The translations under genes and the position numbers were made by a program. Positions 26,150 to 40,104 of a stretch of DNA of 63,759 nucleotides are shown piece after piece. Each line of letters begins with the position of its first letter. Position 1 is the first letter of the stretch. The notes beneath the pieces were generated by a model, which made no database searches, was not told where the DNA came from, and saw only the letters and a program-made list of their open reading frames with translations. The DNA is taken from contig NC_069003.1 in NCBI RefSeq assembly GCF_001194135.2, positions 1,302,656 through 1,366,414 of the forward strand, read 5' to 3'. The DNA is from Octopus bimaculoides. Taxonomy: Eukaryota.

Positions 26150-26895
26150 CCATGGATAGACAAAACAATTCATGTTGATTATGAATATGAGTTCCGACGT
26201 GGAACCAATGCATCCCAGAGAGCTCGAAACATCTATTGGGCTGTTTGGTGAAGCTGTGTCGAATGATCACACTGTACGTCAATGTTATGAGAAAGTCCAG
26301 TCTGGTGATATTGCTGTTGAAAATCAGCCTTGTGGTAGAACTTTAGACCGAAGTGGAAACGGTAATGGAAGCGCATGCATCTCACACTACGCCTGAATTA
26401 GCAGCAAGGTTTGAAGTTCCGATTCCAACCGTATTGGACCATCTAATACAAATCAGCAAGGTAAAGAAACTGGACAAGCGAGTACCATCGAACCGAGCAA
26501 GCACCAAATGACACGTCGTCTTGTAACTTGCTGTTCTTTGCTGTCAACTGTATAAAAGCGAACCAGTTTTGTATCGGTTTGTTACGTGTGATGAAAAGTG
26601 GATACTTTACGACAATAGCAAGCGTTCAATACATTCGTTGGACCGAGACGAAGTGCCAAAACACAACCCCAAAAAGTAAAATCACCAAAAAAAGTTAATG
26701 GTTTCTGTTTGGTGGTCCAGCGCTGGTGTCATCCACTGCAGCTGCACGAGACCTGGTAAGTCAATTACAGCGGATGTATACGTCAACCAATTGGATGAAA
26801 TAATGAGTGAACTTGCAATTAAAACACCGAGATTGGTCAATAGAGGCAGGCGAATTCTATTGCAAGACGATGCTCAACCACATGTTGCTAAAACG
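26150..26895 (+). mobile_element. Mariner transposase pseudogene, frameshifted and 3'-truncated (Hsmar1/SETMAR-like motifs)
   Basis: YEFRRGTNAS..FGEAVSNDHTVRQCYEKVQSGD (HTH); KVKKLDKRVP (WVPHEL site); RFVTCDEKWILYDN (first D); MVSVWWSSAGVIH..ITADVYVNQL..LLQDDAQPHVAK (second D); third-D region absent. A possible left TIR lies near 25957. Confidence 0.92.
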
Positions 26896-27965
26896 TTTTA
26901 TTCTTCGCTCTCTCTTTTTGGTGCAAACACCTTCAGAAGCTTATCCACACGGTCACATGTTTTACCCTTTGATGTGTTTCTTCCTTCAGTCTACTCATTT
27001 AGCTCCTTGTTAGTGTTCCTCATTAGTAACAACCTGTCTTTGAAGATACAACAAAAGTCGAATGACGGAAGCTACATGTCATCAAACATGAGGTGAAGCA
27101 CAAATGAATGAAATAACATTGAGTGTGCTACAGGCAAAACATTAGTGAACTACACACATTTCTCTTAAGGTACGTACTGACATCATTACAATAACAAATT
27201 TGTTGAGCAGACTCCAAGTTTCCATGGAAATCGATATTGATCAATAAAACTCCCTCCTGTCAATAACATTTTCACTATTGTTATATACACATATGTAAAT
27301 AATACATGTAAATGTCAAACTGAATAACAACAATAAACACATTAATGGCTGTTGTCAGGTTTAGAGGCGAAAAATGTATGCCTATACACGCACACGCACA
27401 CATATATATATATACATGCAAACAAACACACGCACACAAGCACTCATAACTATACATATCGGTGTATCGTTACGTATATCTATCGACGAACACACACACA
27501 CATTAGCTATGTGTGTGTGTGTGTGTGTGTGTGTGTATACATATTATATATATATATATACGAAAATTAAAGGGAGAGTCAGAGAGAAAAAGGAACGAGT
27601 GGCGTCAGACGTAAAGAGAAGGAATAACAGTATTTTCCAAATTTATAGCAATGCTGGAATTTCCCATGTGAGTAATATGATGGCACGGAAAAGAATGACT
27701 AGACGGTCGATAGTTTTTGTGGGACACAGAATACATTATATGCTAAATGTTAGCTGGCCAGAATTCACAATACAATAGGAAAAATGCACATATATTTTGA
27801 GAATCAATTTGACAGGAGAAAATGTCGGTTATATAAGTAATTTCGATGAATTGCTATACGATTCAACTCTAGCTGGAGACGATGGGAATTCTGTCAGTAC
27901 ACACCAGGAAATGTATATATATAACCTAACACTGGCACATAAAAACATATTTATTTACATACGTG

Positions 27966-28008
<43 letters not shown>

Positions 28009-28018
28009 ATACATACAG

Positions 28019-28085
28019 ACGCAGGCGTATCTGTATGTTAAGTAGTTTGTGTCCCAACCAAATGATTCTGAGTTCAGTCCTATGT
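28019..28085 (+). mobile_element. SINE family A head remnant
   Basis: cgcaggcgtatctgtatgttaagtagtttgtgtcccaaccaaatgattctgagttcagtcc. Confidence 0.65.
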
Positions 28086-29518
28086 GAGAACGAACATAAT
28101 ATCATATGTGATAAACAGTTGAGAACGTTCTAGTCGGCGGCACTCGACGATTCTATACGTATCTATAGAAGGCTTTAAATTTCACGTCGAGTTAGATTTT
28201 ACATACATAGATACATACATATTTACATATGTATGTATTGTGCGTGTGTGTATGTGCGTGTATATATATATATATATTCATACTTACATACATACATACT
28301 GACGTTTATGTCTATACACATTGGCACATATTTTCTGTCTTCCATCTCTTCTCGATATATAGACCAGCATATTTCTATACCATTTGTACCTTTTTCTTTA
28401 AACCTGTGTCGCTGGAAAGATGCATCCTTTCCATCAGATTATAGCTTCCAGTTATGTCCACCGATGTTGCAATGGTGACTCCAAAATAAAGAATTACTTC
28501 GTTCATTTGACTGTCACTGTGCAAATACTTTGTAGGAATGGTTCATTTGTCCCAGTTTTTTACTTTCTAAGTTCAGAATGCACTAAATTTAAGTTTGCTC
28601 TCCATCTCCCTGAGGTACAATAAGAAAAAAAAATATTGCAATCGATAAAGCTCATATTTTCCCATTATAATCTTATGCCTTTATAAGGAATCATTATCTA
28701 ACCAGTTTACCAGAAATACCACCCCAGCACGCTCATTGAATGGAAGCCTATTATTTTGTAAAACGTTTCCGAATAATAGTCAAGTCGAACGTGATCAAAG
28801 TAATAGTTTTTAGTTGATGTCAGAGAGAAAATTTCTTTCATGAAACAGGAAAAATATATCTTAGAATTTCCAAATAAAAAGAATTGTTTTTGTAGAAACA
28901 TTAAAAGAAAACCAACAGCAAATCTGTGCACGACAGCAAAAATATATTTCTTCAGCTGAAACATGTCGGTGTATGAAAACAAAAAGAAATCCAAAGCTTG
29001 AATATGGATACATGCTGCACAAAATGTCACCAAAATTTTGCTGCAGCATACATATTGCAAGACAGTTGAACAAGAAATTAAATACGAATTACGTTGAATT
29101 CTGAAAGTTGTACCAAAAGCAAACTAAATATTATCATCAATATGTCACTGTGTGATTGTTATACCTCATGTTATGCAGGAAACGAAAATTGTCAGAGAAC
29201 AAAATTATGAAGTGATATGCGCAAAATGAGAAAGTAGCACGCTCAGTGCTGTGTTTTTGATCGGGAAGAAAACAGATGTGACAAACATGAGAAATGACGT
29301 TTAAAAAAAAAAGCAATAATGGCTCTACTTTATGGTAGAGCTAATGTAGCTCTACCATAAAAAACTGTTTAAATATTTTTTTTTTATTGATGGCACACAA
29401 AGAAGACTATTGCTGCATTCTTTTTCTCTATCTCCATATCTATAAACTGATTGTTTCGATATGATATTATGTTGCGTCAATATTGAGCAAAAATTAATCA
29501 CATTATTTCTGTCAAGTG

Positions 29519-29730
29519 AAGCCGGCAAGCTGGCTTACGTGTTAGAGTGACGGGCAAAATGCTTAACGGTATTTAGACCCACTTTAAACATAATAATTTC
29601 AAATACCGCCGAGTTCAGTTATACCTCTCGTCGTTTAGGGGATGATATAATAATATAACAATCAAGTACAGGGATTATGTAATCAGTTAAACCTGCACCC
29701 CAAATTACTGGCCTCTTGGCAAAATTTGAA
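29519..29730 (+). mobile_element. SINE family B, degraded full length
   Basis: gccggcaagctggc, gggcaaaatgcttaacggtattt, ttcaaataccgccgag, ccccaaattactggcctcttggcaaaatttgaa. Confidence 0.7.
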
Positions 29731-29777
29731 TTCAACTTACTGTTGGATTTATACAATTCAAATTATACAAATCAACC

Positions 29778-29960
29778 CAGCAATGGGTTGAGAAGAGGCT
29801 ATCCCTAAAAGTTCGGGTTGAGGTCGCGAACGCGTACATCGCATCTGTCATCGATTACCATTTGACCGTTGTGCCTTGTACCGACCTTAACATCACCAAA
29901 CTGGAATGCATACTCTTCCGTTTCTTGTGGAAGGGAAGCGTCCCTATGGTCAGGCGATCC
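29778..29960 (+). mobile_element. L1/Tx1-clade non-LTR retrotransposon ORF2 fragment (post-RT region)
   Basis: In frame QQWVEKRLSLKVRVEVANAYIASVIDYHLTVVPCTDLNITKLECILFRFLWKGSVPMVRRS, matching the W..R.LS..GR....N and FLW.G motifs of L1/Tx1 ORF2. Confidence 0.8.
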
Positions 29961-30843
29961 TTTCTCTATCCTTTATTAACCCCACCTTTCTTGATTGTCT
30001 CCCTCTGTCTATTTTCTCTCCACTCTCTGATTTTCTTTCTATTTTTATCTTCTAAACAAAACAAAAATGAACAACGAAACGTTCTATTTTTACCATTTTG
30101 CTTATGTCTTGACGAATTCGATAAAAGAAAGAAAGCGCGAATAACGAATTATCCAAAATTCTAACTGCCTCCTTTTTTTCCAATATACTATATCTGTACA
30201 CCACTTCAAACACTCTATACATAAATAAATAATATCTACATGTATGTGTGTATAGATCTATATACATATCACCATATATGAATGTTTGAAATCATCGTAT
30301 AAAGGAATAACACACAATGTAANNNNNNNNNNNNNNNNNNNNNNNNNNNNNNNNNNNNNNNNNNNNNNNNNNNNNNNNNNNNNNNNNNNNNNNNNNNNNN
30401 NNNNNNNNNNNNNNNNNNNNNNNNNNNNNNNNNNNNNNNNNNNNNNNNNNNNNNNNNNNNNNNNNNNNNNNNNNNNNNNNNNNNNNNNNNNNNNNNNNNN
30501 NNNNNNNNNNNNNNNNNNNNNNNNNNNNNNNNNNNNNNNNNNNNNNNNNNNNNNNNNNNNNNNNNNNNNNNNNNNNNNNNNNNNNNNNNNNNNNNNNNNN
30601 NNNNNNNNNNNNNNNNNNNNNNNNNNNNNNNNNNNNNNNNNNNNNNNNNNNNNNNNNNNNNNNNNNNNNNNNNNNNNNNNNNNNNNNNNNNNNNNNNNNN
30701 NNNNNNNNNNNNNNNNNNNNNNNNNNNNNNNNNNNNNNNNNNNNNNNNNNNNNNNNNNNNNNNNNNNNNNNNNNNNNNNNNNNNNNNNNNNNNNNNNNNN
30801 NNNNNNNNNNNNNNNNNNNNNNNNNNNNNNNNNNNNNNNNNNA

Positions 30844-30880
<37 letters not shown>

Positions 30881-31098
30881 ATGTGTATGTGTATTAACGT
30901 GTGCATATCTATATGCACATAAATCCAAATGCGGTTATGTATTTTCAGGAGTTAGAGCTTAACATAGAAAATATCTACATATAGAATTCTTTATTTATTC
31001 TTCTTGACACGCACAAACACAAACACCTAGTTTACAATCACACTTAGAAGATAAAAATACATGCACACGTAAGAAAATCATATTGGTACCACCACATT

Positions 31099-31130
<32 letters not shown>

Positions 31131-31537
31131 CATACACACAAATACACACACATACATGCACAAAGCCATTCCCATACATCACCACACATGTAGATGCAAC
31201 AAATCCTATAGACGTTTCTATCTAAATTGATGCATAGTTTTCGTAAATAAATGGGAAAACATCTGAATGCTAAGCCTGGATTTCTCGCCAAATCCATTCG
31301 CTTTTCATTTGCTGACAAATTCTTCTTCGTTGATTATTTATGTCATGCAATTTGTTGCCGCCAAATGTGACGTGTCAATAACAGTCTATGTCAATAAAAT
31401 GACGTACTTAGATGCTGTGCGTCCCATCAGTCTATATATGAACATTTATTTCGAGTTATCTCTCCGACAGCCTCTGTACAATACCGTGTACACGTCTGAA
31501 TGACTACCCATCTATCCATTTCTCTCTTTCTCTCTCT

Positions 31538-31590
<53 letters not shown>

Positions 31591-32029
31591 NNNNNNNNNN
31601 TATCTATCTATCGTCTGTATCTTTCTCTGTGTAAGTACACCTATGTTTGTATCCATATATTTAGTTACCCATGTAGTACACACACATGTATATACTTCTA
31701 TGTATATCCTTCTATAGGCACCCTCGTAGATATATGTTTAGTTACAAATGACAGTCCTTGGGTCTGCCGTCATATATTAAATTCTACTTGACAGTCTTTG
31801 GTAATTTGCTAAATGAAATGTACAGGAAGTTCCCAAGAGTCGAATCAAAACTGGCACCGCATGATTGCGATAGAAATATCTCATCCACCAATGTTTGGTT
31901 AGAATTGGAATTTGGCAGAAGCTCGAGAATATATCTTAGTTCAATGGACAAGAAGTGGATATATATATCTTTATTTAAGAAGAAAAAAAATACATTGGAT
32001 ATCTTTACAGTGTGACAATGATGAATTTC

Positions 32030-32220
32030 TGATAATAAAGTTGACGACGACAATGGTGATGAAGTTGATGATGCTCCTGACGACGATGAGGGTGTTGTTG
32101 TTGGTGGTGGTGGTGGTGATGATGATGAGGATGATGGCGGTGGTGGTGGTAGTGGTGATGATAATTATGATGGTGGTGATGACGATGACGGCGACTGTGA
32201 AGATGCAGATGTCGAGACTG
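32030..32220. repeat. (GAT)/(GGT) mosaic trinucleotide tract
   Basis: Directly visible. Confidence 0.9.
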
Positions 32221-32249
32221 AGATAGAAGAATAAATCTGGTTGACGTAG

Positions 32250-32289
<40 letters not shown>

Positions 32290-33708
32290 AAGACAAGCGT
32301 CCTTCGCCAAAAAGAAGCCCTAATACCGTATCATATTATATTTGTAGTCTGCGTCCATTGAAGTTGTATTTACCACCTTTCTGTCCTTTCTAGCGTTAGT
32401 CTGGATCCTAGACGTTCATAATTATCATACTATTGATGAAACTATGTTCAGTTGGGATATTTAAACTCACAAATCCAAGAGCTGCAACTCATACCACCAG
32501 ACATCTCGTCCAATGTGTGTTACTTCATCTATTAATGCCGGAATTAATAGAGTATAAGGTTGGCTTCAGAAATATTTGAGCGTTAAGAAGAGAGAGTGGA
32601 AAAAAAAAGATACTGCAGGGCATTCTATTCTAAGGGATATGGTGTCCCGTCCCCTAGTGCAACCCGATATGCCAAACACAAATTTTACTCCGTGTCATCT
32701 GAAAATCATGTCATAGAGAGCTGAAACCTGTAGCCAAAGAATCTATCTGTCACTCTAAAAATGCTAGCGTCCATACAGGATATGATATCAAAAGGCAGAA
32801 ACAACGATGCGATCGTAAGAACAAGTAGGAAACCTGTCACTCCAACTGCTGATTTCAGTAGACTATTCCCCTTCACGTTTTACCACGTTTGAGGAAAACA
32901 ACAGAGGAATTATTACTGAATGTCATATGACAATCGTTTCTATGGTGGGTTCTTTACCTCAAATAAATCGGGGGCGGATTCTTCACTGTTATATTATTTA
33001 AGTTACCTCAGATGGACCAAAAAGCTAAGTTGAATTCGGCTTCTGTTGAAGCTAGAATTTAAAGAGCCAGCAAAACTAAGAGAACGTATTTCGTAGGCCA
33101 GTGATATATTGAATAAAACAACAAAATAACGGTTCTTGTTTTATTTGTGGTGGTCGGGTGCGGCTGATCTCTATGTTTATTGTTACACGTGGTGGTTACT
33201 AATATATTAGGTTTTATCTGAATATGTTCTAATCTGCAACGAGAAGAACAACAATATCAAAATAGAAAAAAAATAAGAAATTATCGAAGACAACTGATAA
33301 TACTTAATGCCGAACCACTCTACTTCCACAGGAAGGATAATAACTATGGACCTTTAATCGATATATAAAATCGTAGACGTGTCGATCGGTAATATGTGAG
33401 AATGTGTGTACGTATATCAGTTAATCTTTACGTCAAACACAGTATTAATTTAGATTATTTAGTATCATAAGATAGGGCGGCCATTTTAACCTGCGTTTGA
33501 ACTCGATGTATCTCATTATTCCTGTTCCACCATCTTATTCTCATATTCACCGATTCCATCTCTTAGAATTTATCACATTTTGCAGTATTGAGTTTTTCAT
33601 CTGTTAATAATATGTATTTATGTATTTATATATGCGGTTCACGTACTAATATACATATTTATAGTGTGCTTACAAACCCACCAACACACACACACCTTAC
33701 GCATATAA

Positions 33709-33764
<56 letters not shown>

Positions 33765-33853
33765 CTATGTCTGTATTTACACACGCATACACACATACAT
33801 ATATATATATATGTATATATATGTATGTATATAAATATATGCACATACATAAT

Positions 33854-33909
<56 letters not shown>

Positions 33910-34806
33910 NNNNNNNNNNNNNNNNNNNNNNNNNNNNNNNNNNNNNNNNNNNNNNNNNNNNNNNNNNNNNNNNNNNNNNNNNNNNNNNNNNNNNNNNNNN
34001 NNNNNNNNNNNNNNNNNNNNNNNNNNNNNNNNNNNNNNNNNNNNNNNNNNNNNNNNNNNNNNNNNNNNNNNNNNNNNNNNNNNNNNNNNNNNNNNNNNNN
34101 NNNNNNNNNNNNNNNNNNNNNNNNNNNNNNNNNNNNNNNNNNNNNNNNNNNNNNNNNNNNNNNNNNNNNNNNNNNNNNNNNNNNNNNNNNNNNNNNNNNN
34201 NNNNNNNNNNNNNNNNNNNNNNNNNNNNNNNNNNNNNNNNNNNNNNNNNNNNNNNNNNNNNNNNNNNNNNNNNNNNNNNNNNNNNNNNNNNNNNNNNNNN
34301 NNNNNNNNNNNNNNNNNNNNNNNNNNNNNNNNNNNNNNNNNNNNNNNNNNNNNNNNNNNNNNNNNNNNNNNNNNNNNNNNNNNNNNNNNNNNNNNNNNNN
34401 NNNNNNNNNNNNNNNNNNNNNNNNNNNNNNNNNNNNNNNNNNNNNNNNNNNNNNNNNNNNNNNNNNNNNNNNNNNNNNNNNNNNNNNNNNNNNNNNNNNN
34501 NNNNNNNNNNNNNNNNNNNNNNNNNNNNNNNNNNNNNNNNNNNNNNNNNNNNNNNNNNNNNNNNNNNNNNNNNNNNNNNNNNNNNNNNNNNNNNNNNNNN
34601 NNNNNNNNNNNNNNNNNNNNNNNNNNNNNNNNNNNNNNNNNNNNNNNNNNNNNNNNNNNNNNNNNNNNNNNNNNNNNNNNNNNNNNNNNNNNNNNNNNNN
34701 NNNNNNNNNNNNNNNNNNNNNNNNNNNNNNNNNNNNNNNNNNNNNNNNNNNNNNNNNNNNNNNNNNNNNNNNNNNNNNNNNNNNNNNNNNNNNNNNNNNN
34801 NNNNNN

Positions 34807-35310
34807 ACCACCCACAATGATCTGTAATAGCAACACACCTACCACCGCCACCGCCGCCACCACTATCGCTAATAACACAACTATCACTACCGCCACCACG
34901 AGCAACATAAAACACAATACCGCAACCACCGCCACAAACACCACCTCAATCACTACCACCAACACTACCACCAACACCATCGCCACCGCACCCACAGCCA
35001 GCATCAACACTGCCACCAGTACTTCCATCGATTCCTCTACCATCCCCACCACCACCTCCAACACAAATACCACGACCATCACCGACACCAGTACTATTAT
35101 TAACACAACCACTACCGCCACAACCCCTTACACCATACCACCACAACAACAACAACCGCCATCTGCACCCGCCACCATCGCCACCGCCACAACTGCCATC
35201 ACCACCTCCACCACCAACACCACCAACAGCAATAACAAGAACAACAACAGCATCACCACCACATCTACCTGTTGATGATATCGCCACCATCACCGACACC
35301 ATCATAATAG
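34807..35310. repeat. Degenerate (ACC)/(AAC) trinucleotide tract giving a Thr-rich ORF
   Basis: Directly visible triplet periodicity. Confidence 0.8.
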
Positions 35311-36129
35311 AACGGCAGCCACGCCACGATGATCACCGTGACGTCATTGCGGGTTTCTTTCTGCATTCGAACACAGGTTTCAGCTTTGCCCTGTTTTTGC
35401 CTTGGTCTGCTGCCACCCGTCCACCGCTAGGATCCATGCCAATGTGACGCAGCGGAATGTTGTAATGCATCGACTCTGATATAACAATCTCTCACTACTT
35501 TCTGACCTTGATGTCTCTTATTCTCTCTTTAAAATCACAAGATAAATACACCATATTCCTGGACTGTGTTTCGCAGCGCATCTGCTCAACGTTTAGATGT
35601 TGTGTGTTGAGGAAAACCGTGGCATGTTTGACAGGAATACTTTCTATTCATATTTAAACGATCTGTGGACTGTGTATGATGCCAAAGGCGTCAACTACAT
35701 TCTTGTTTTCTCTATAACCTTATGGACATTGGGAAATATTCTACCAATTTTATATTTATTCCTTAATAACCTTCCTATTTTTTCCGCTCAACCACGCTTA
35801 TTTCTATATCTTCCTTTCTCTTCCCATGATTCCTAATCTCTCACCGTCCCCTCCACCGGGTCCCTCAAACCATCTTCAGCGTTAATTAACTTTCCTAAGT
35901 CACTCATACCGTTTCCTTTTCCTTCTATGGTTTATTGAATGCTTAACGTTTGCTGTTTCATTGGTGATACGGTTTCTCTCAGGGATCCAAAGGTTTCGGT
36001 GGGATCTTATTGAATCCGGGATCACGAAACGGATCTCTCAATCTTTTCATGATCAATCATCTTTCAGCATCTTCTTCATTTTCAGTTGACTGTTCAATGT
36101 TCACATCATCAATCACTTCATTTTCCATT

Positions 36130-36290
36130 CCTTTCACATACATGTTCTCATCATCATCGTCGTCGTTGTCGTCAAAACCACCAGCAGCAGCAGCACCACC
36201 AACACCACCACCACCACCATCATCATCGTCATCATCATCATCATCATCATCATTATCGGCATACTCGCCATCATTGTTGTTGTTGTTTTT
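36130..36290. repeat. (CAT)/(CAC)/(CAG) mosaic tract
   Basis: Directly visible. Confidence 0.85.
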
Positions 36291-36688
36291 CTTTTCCTTC
36301 ACCATTCCATAGTAATGGTATGACTATTTATTTAGCTTATATATTAGCCTGAATTCAATTCACAGCAAGTCGCCCCGAAAACTGACCAATCGTTCGTTGG
36401 GATTCTTGCAGATTGCAGGATGGAAGTTTACCCCCAGGTCGACAGAACGTATCTCCTCAATGTCTTAGCTCCCAGATTTGTCTCTATTTGGTGCGCACAA
36501 ATTTAGCCCCTGTGCTCCACAATCCCTTCATCTCGCTCACCAGATCCAGATGATTCTCGCTGTCCCCTATTTCTTTACTATCCGCTCGACTGTAATATCT
36601 GTTCCTTAAGACTATCATATCTTTTTTCTTTCCACGATTGTATCTCAAGAGTTTATATTATTACTGTGGGTCTCATTCTCCATCTCAG

Positions 36689-36735
36689 CACGTGACTCCT
36701 GAATGGCCCCATTTTCCCGTCATTGAATATATCGG
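36689..36735 (+). CDS. Candidate internal coding exon HVTPEWPHFPVIEYIG (gene unidentified)
   Basis: Acceptor ctcattctccatctcag, consensus donor GG|gtaagt, one open frame, non-repetitive sequence. Confidence 0.4.
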
Positions 36736-36834
36736 GTAAGTACTAAACTAGACATGCTGCTTTAAGCCGGTCCATCAACAATTGCTGCATCTTTATTCCC
36801 CCCACTTTACACACGCATCTTCTTTCCTCATCAT

Positions 36835-36864
36835 TGTCATCGTCGTCGTCTACTACTGCTACTG

Positions 36865-36913
<49 letters not shown>

Positions 36914-36915
36914 AC
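36835..36915. repeat. (CTA)n microsatellite
   Basis: Directly visible. Confidence 0.95.
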
Positions 36916-37308
36916 AATGAAATTTTGATCATAATGCCTTCCATGTATGCACCGTCTTCCTTTGGTTAGAGATTTTCCCCTTATACTAAATGTAATTCAC
37001 GTAAATATATGCGCAGTACCGAAGACTTTTATGTTCCTGTGTTGCGTATATATATGTGTAAGTATGGTTCCAGTTTACCTTATTTTATATGCAGTCATAT
37101 CTATTGTATGTGAGCTGTGTACAGTCATATACCATGTCGCATACTTTGTAATTAAATGGCGGATCCTAATGGCGTTATATTCTGCATGTTGTGTTTATGT
37201 GTAAAAAGTCTGCGACCATGATGCAGTGTGTCTAATACATATCTACAGTACTTAGTTGCGATTATATCTTTATGTGTGAATATATGCAGTATCTATATAC
37301 ATATATAT

Positions 37309-37360
<52 letters not shown>

Positions 37361-38319
37361 NNNNNNNNNNNNNNNNNNNNNNNNNNNNNNNNNNNNNNNN
37401 NNNNNNNNNNNNNNNNNNNNNNNNNNNNNNNNNNNNNNNNNNNNNNNNNNNNNNNNNNNNNNNNNNNNNNNNNNNNNNNNNNNNNNNNNNNNNNNNNNNN
37501 NNNNNNNNNNNNNNNNNNNNNNNNNNNNNNNNNNNNNNNNNNNNNNNNNNNNNNNNNNNNNNNNNNNNNNNNNNNNNNNNNNNNNNNNNNNNNNNNNNNN
37601 NNNNNNNNNNNNNNNNNNNNNNNNNNNNNNNNNNNNNNNNNNNNNNNNNNNNNNNNNNNNNNNNNNNNNNNNNNNNNNNNNNNNNNNNNNNNNNNNNNNN
37701 NNNNNNNNNNNNNNNNNNNNNNNNNNNNNNNNNNNNNNNTATATATATAAACGTATATATGTATGCATACATACATATATTTTTATATTTATCTATATAT
37801 ATGTATGGATGCATACATATATATATATACATACATATATACATATATATATATACATATATGTGTGTGTGTGTCTGTGTCTGTGCGCGTATTGGTATGT
37901 ATGAAAGTTTGCGTAAAGTATAGGATTGTGGTTACAAACTTGTCTGAATCTGTTATTATTATTATTATTATCATTATTATTATCATCGTTATTATTATTA
38001 TTATTATCAATGTTAGTGTTCGCTTAATTGTGGTGCTTCAAATAGAGTTGGTTGAAACGGAACAGCTGCGAGAATGCTTTTAACGAGGCTGCCCGCAGCA
38101 GAGTATTGAACATTTGTAGAGAGAAAAGTTAAACCGAATGAGAGAAGAGTAATGAGGACAATAGAACGGGGAGAGATTACATGTGGTAATTAAATTTGAA
38201 AGCGACGAGATCAAAGACAGAATCCCGACAAACGTAATTAAGGAGTTTTAATTGCGTTTGAAAATCGGAATTTAAATGTGCCATGCATGTATGTACTCAT
38301 ATATGTCATATATATCAGT

Positions 38320-38366
<47 letters not shown>

Positions 38367-40104
38367 NNNNNNNNNNNNNNNNNNNNNNNNNNNNNNNNNN
38401 NNNNNNNNNNNNNNNNNNNNNNNNNNNNNNNNNNNNNNNNNNNNNNNNNNNNNNNNNNNNNNNNNNNNNNNNNNNNNNNNNNNNNNNNNNNNNNNNNNNN
38501 NNNNNNNNNNNNNNNNNNNNNNNNNNNNNNNNNNNNNNNNNNNNNNNNNNNNNNNNNNNNNNNNNNNNNNNNNNNNNNNNNNNNNNNNNNNNNNNNNNNN
38601 NNNNNNNNNNNNNNNNNNNNNNNNNNNNNNNNNNNNNNNNNNNNNNNNNNNNNNNNNNNNNNNNNNNNNNNNNNNNNNNNNNNNNNNNNNNNNNNNNNNN
38701 NNNNNNNNNNNNNNNNNNNNNNNNNNNNNNNNNNNNNNNNNNNNNNNNNNNNNNNNNNNNNNNNNNNNNNNNNNNNNNNNNNNNNNNNNNNNNNNNNNNN
38801 NNTATATATATATACATTTAATACATATATATATATATATATATATATACGTAAAACTACGTATGTATATTCGTCTACATCTATAGAGGAACGCAGGCAC
38901 ATAACACACAAATGTGTGTCTGATTTGTTGCCGCACACATACATTGACGTTAAGTTAGTTAGAAAATGAAGCAGAAGACCAAAATCTATTGAGCATGTGG
39001 GAGTTAATGGTCAAATGACTGAGACAGAGGAGGAGAGAGAGGGAGAGAGATAGAGACAGAGGGAGTGTGATAGAGGGTAATAGAGGGGATACGTGGAAAG
39101 GTAGAGGGAGTGAGAGTGAGAGAGGTAGGGTTTCTGTTTTGGTGATAGAATGTGCTTTTGTAGAAATGCTTTGATACACCGATTATTGCTATGTCTGACT
39201 TTAGCCTTTTAGGGAACTGGACAAGTCTAAAGATATCCTTTAAGGTGCATTTGTAAATGTATTTTGTTTTTCTCAATAGTTTCACAGAATTCCCTTTATA
39301 ATCAATAGGTGACGCTTACAGAATCACTTCCGTACATGTAAACAGGAATGCACAATAACATATAAATAATTTAGTCCAGTGAGAGACGTGTTATTGGCAG
39401 GTCCTCTGCATAAGAACCTTTCTCCAGCAGTGTCCCTAGGACCTGGGAGGGCCTGTGCCCTTCCAATATTTGATTCCTGGAACTTCAGCTAGCGGGATAA
39501 GATTTCCGATGAATATTTGGAATTTCCATTGCCTTCTTCAGAGAGCCGGATGATATACGGTAAAGCATTTCTTACGACGTATTTATGATTCTGCCGCACT
39601 TCTGCCCTAGTATATACATATATATATATGTGTTTGTGTGTATGCATGCGTGCATTTGTGTGTGTGTATAGCTCTGTATGTATGCGTGTACATGCGATTC
39701 CACATGGAACATGGATAGAAAAACACGTACATACAGACAACCAGTATTTTCCAATATATAGATGCATGCCTACGCATGATATAAGCAGGAACGCGTACAC
39801 ACATTCATAGAGACTGAATAATATGATACAAGCGTTGCAAACAAGATCGATAAGCGTCAGAATAAAGATATGCAAGATATGAAGGTCTCCTTTTGAATTC
39901 CATAATTGGCTCTTTACCATTGTTCTTATCTTGGAAACAGGGATTGATTAGACTCCCTGATTTCGTTAGAACCAATTTGTTTCATAGGAGAAGAATACAA
40001 CAAGTTTCAAAATGAAACATACTTGCTGCATATATACATACACATAAATAAGTCCGTACTAACAAACATGCATATATGCAATATATAAATACCAAACATA
40101 ACTG

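Noticed and set aside
33005-33100. Possible very old SINE B on the minus strand (also near 32570)
   Set aside because: Similarity too weak to call by eye.
34817-35275. 152-aa Thr-rich mucin-like ORF as a gene
   Set aside because: It abuts a gap, shows no signal peptide or convincing splice sites, and is explained by decayed (ACC)n.
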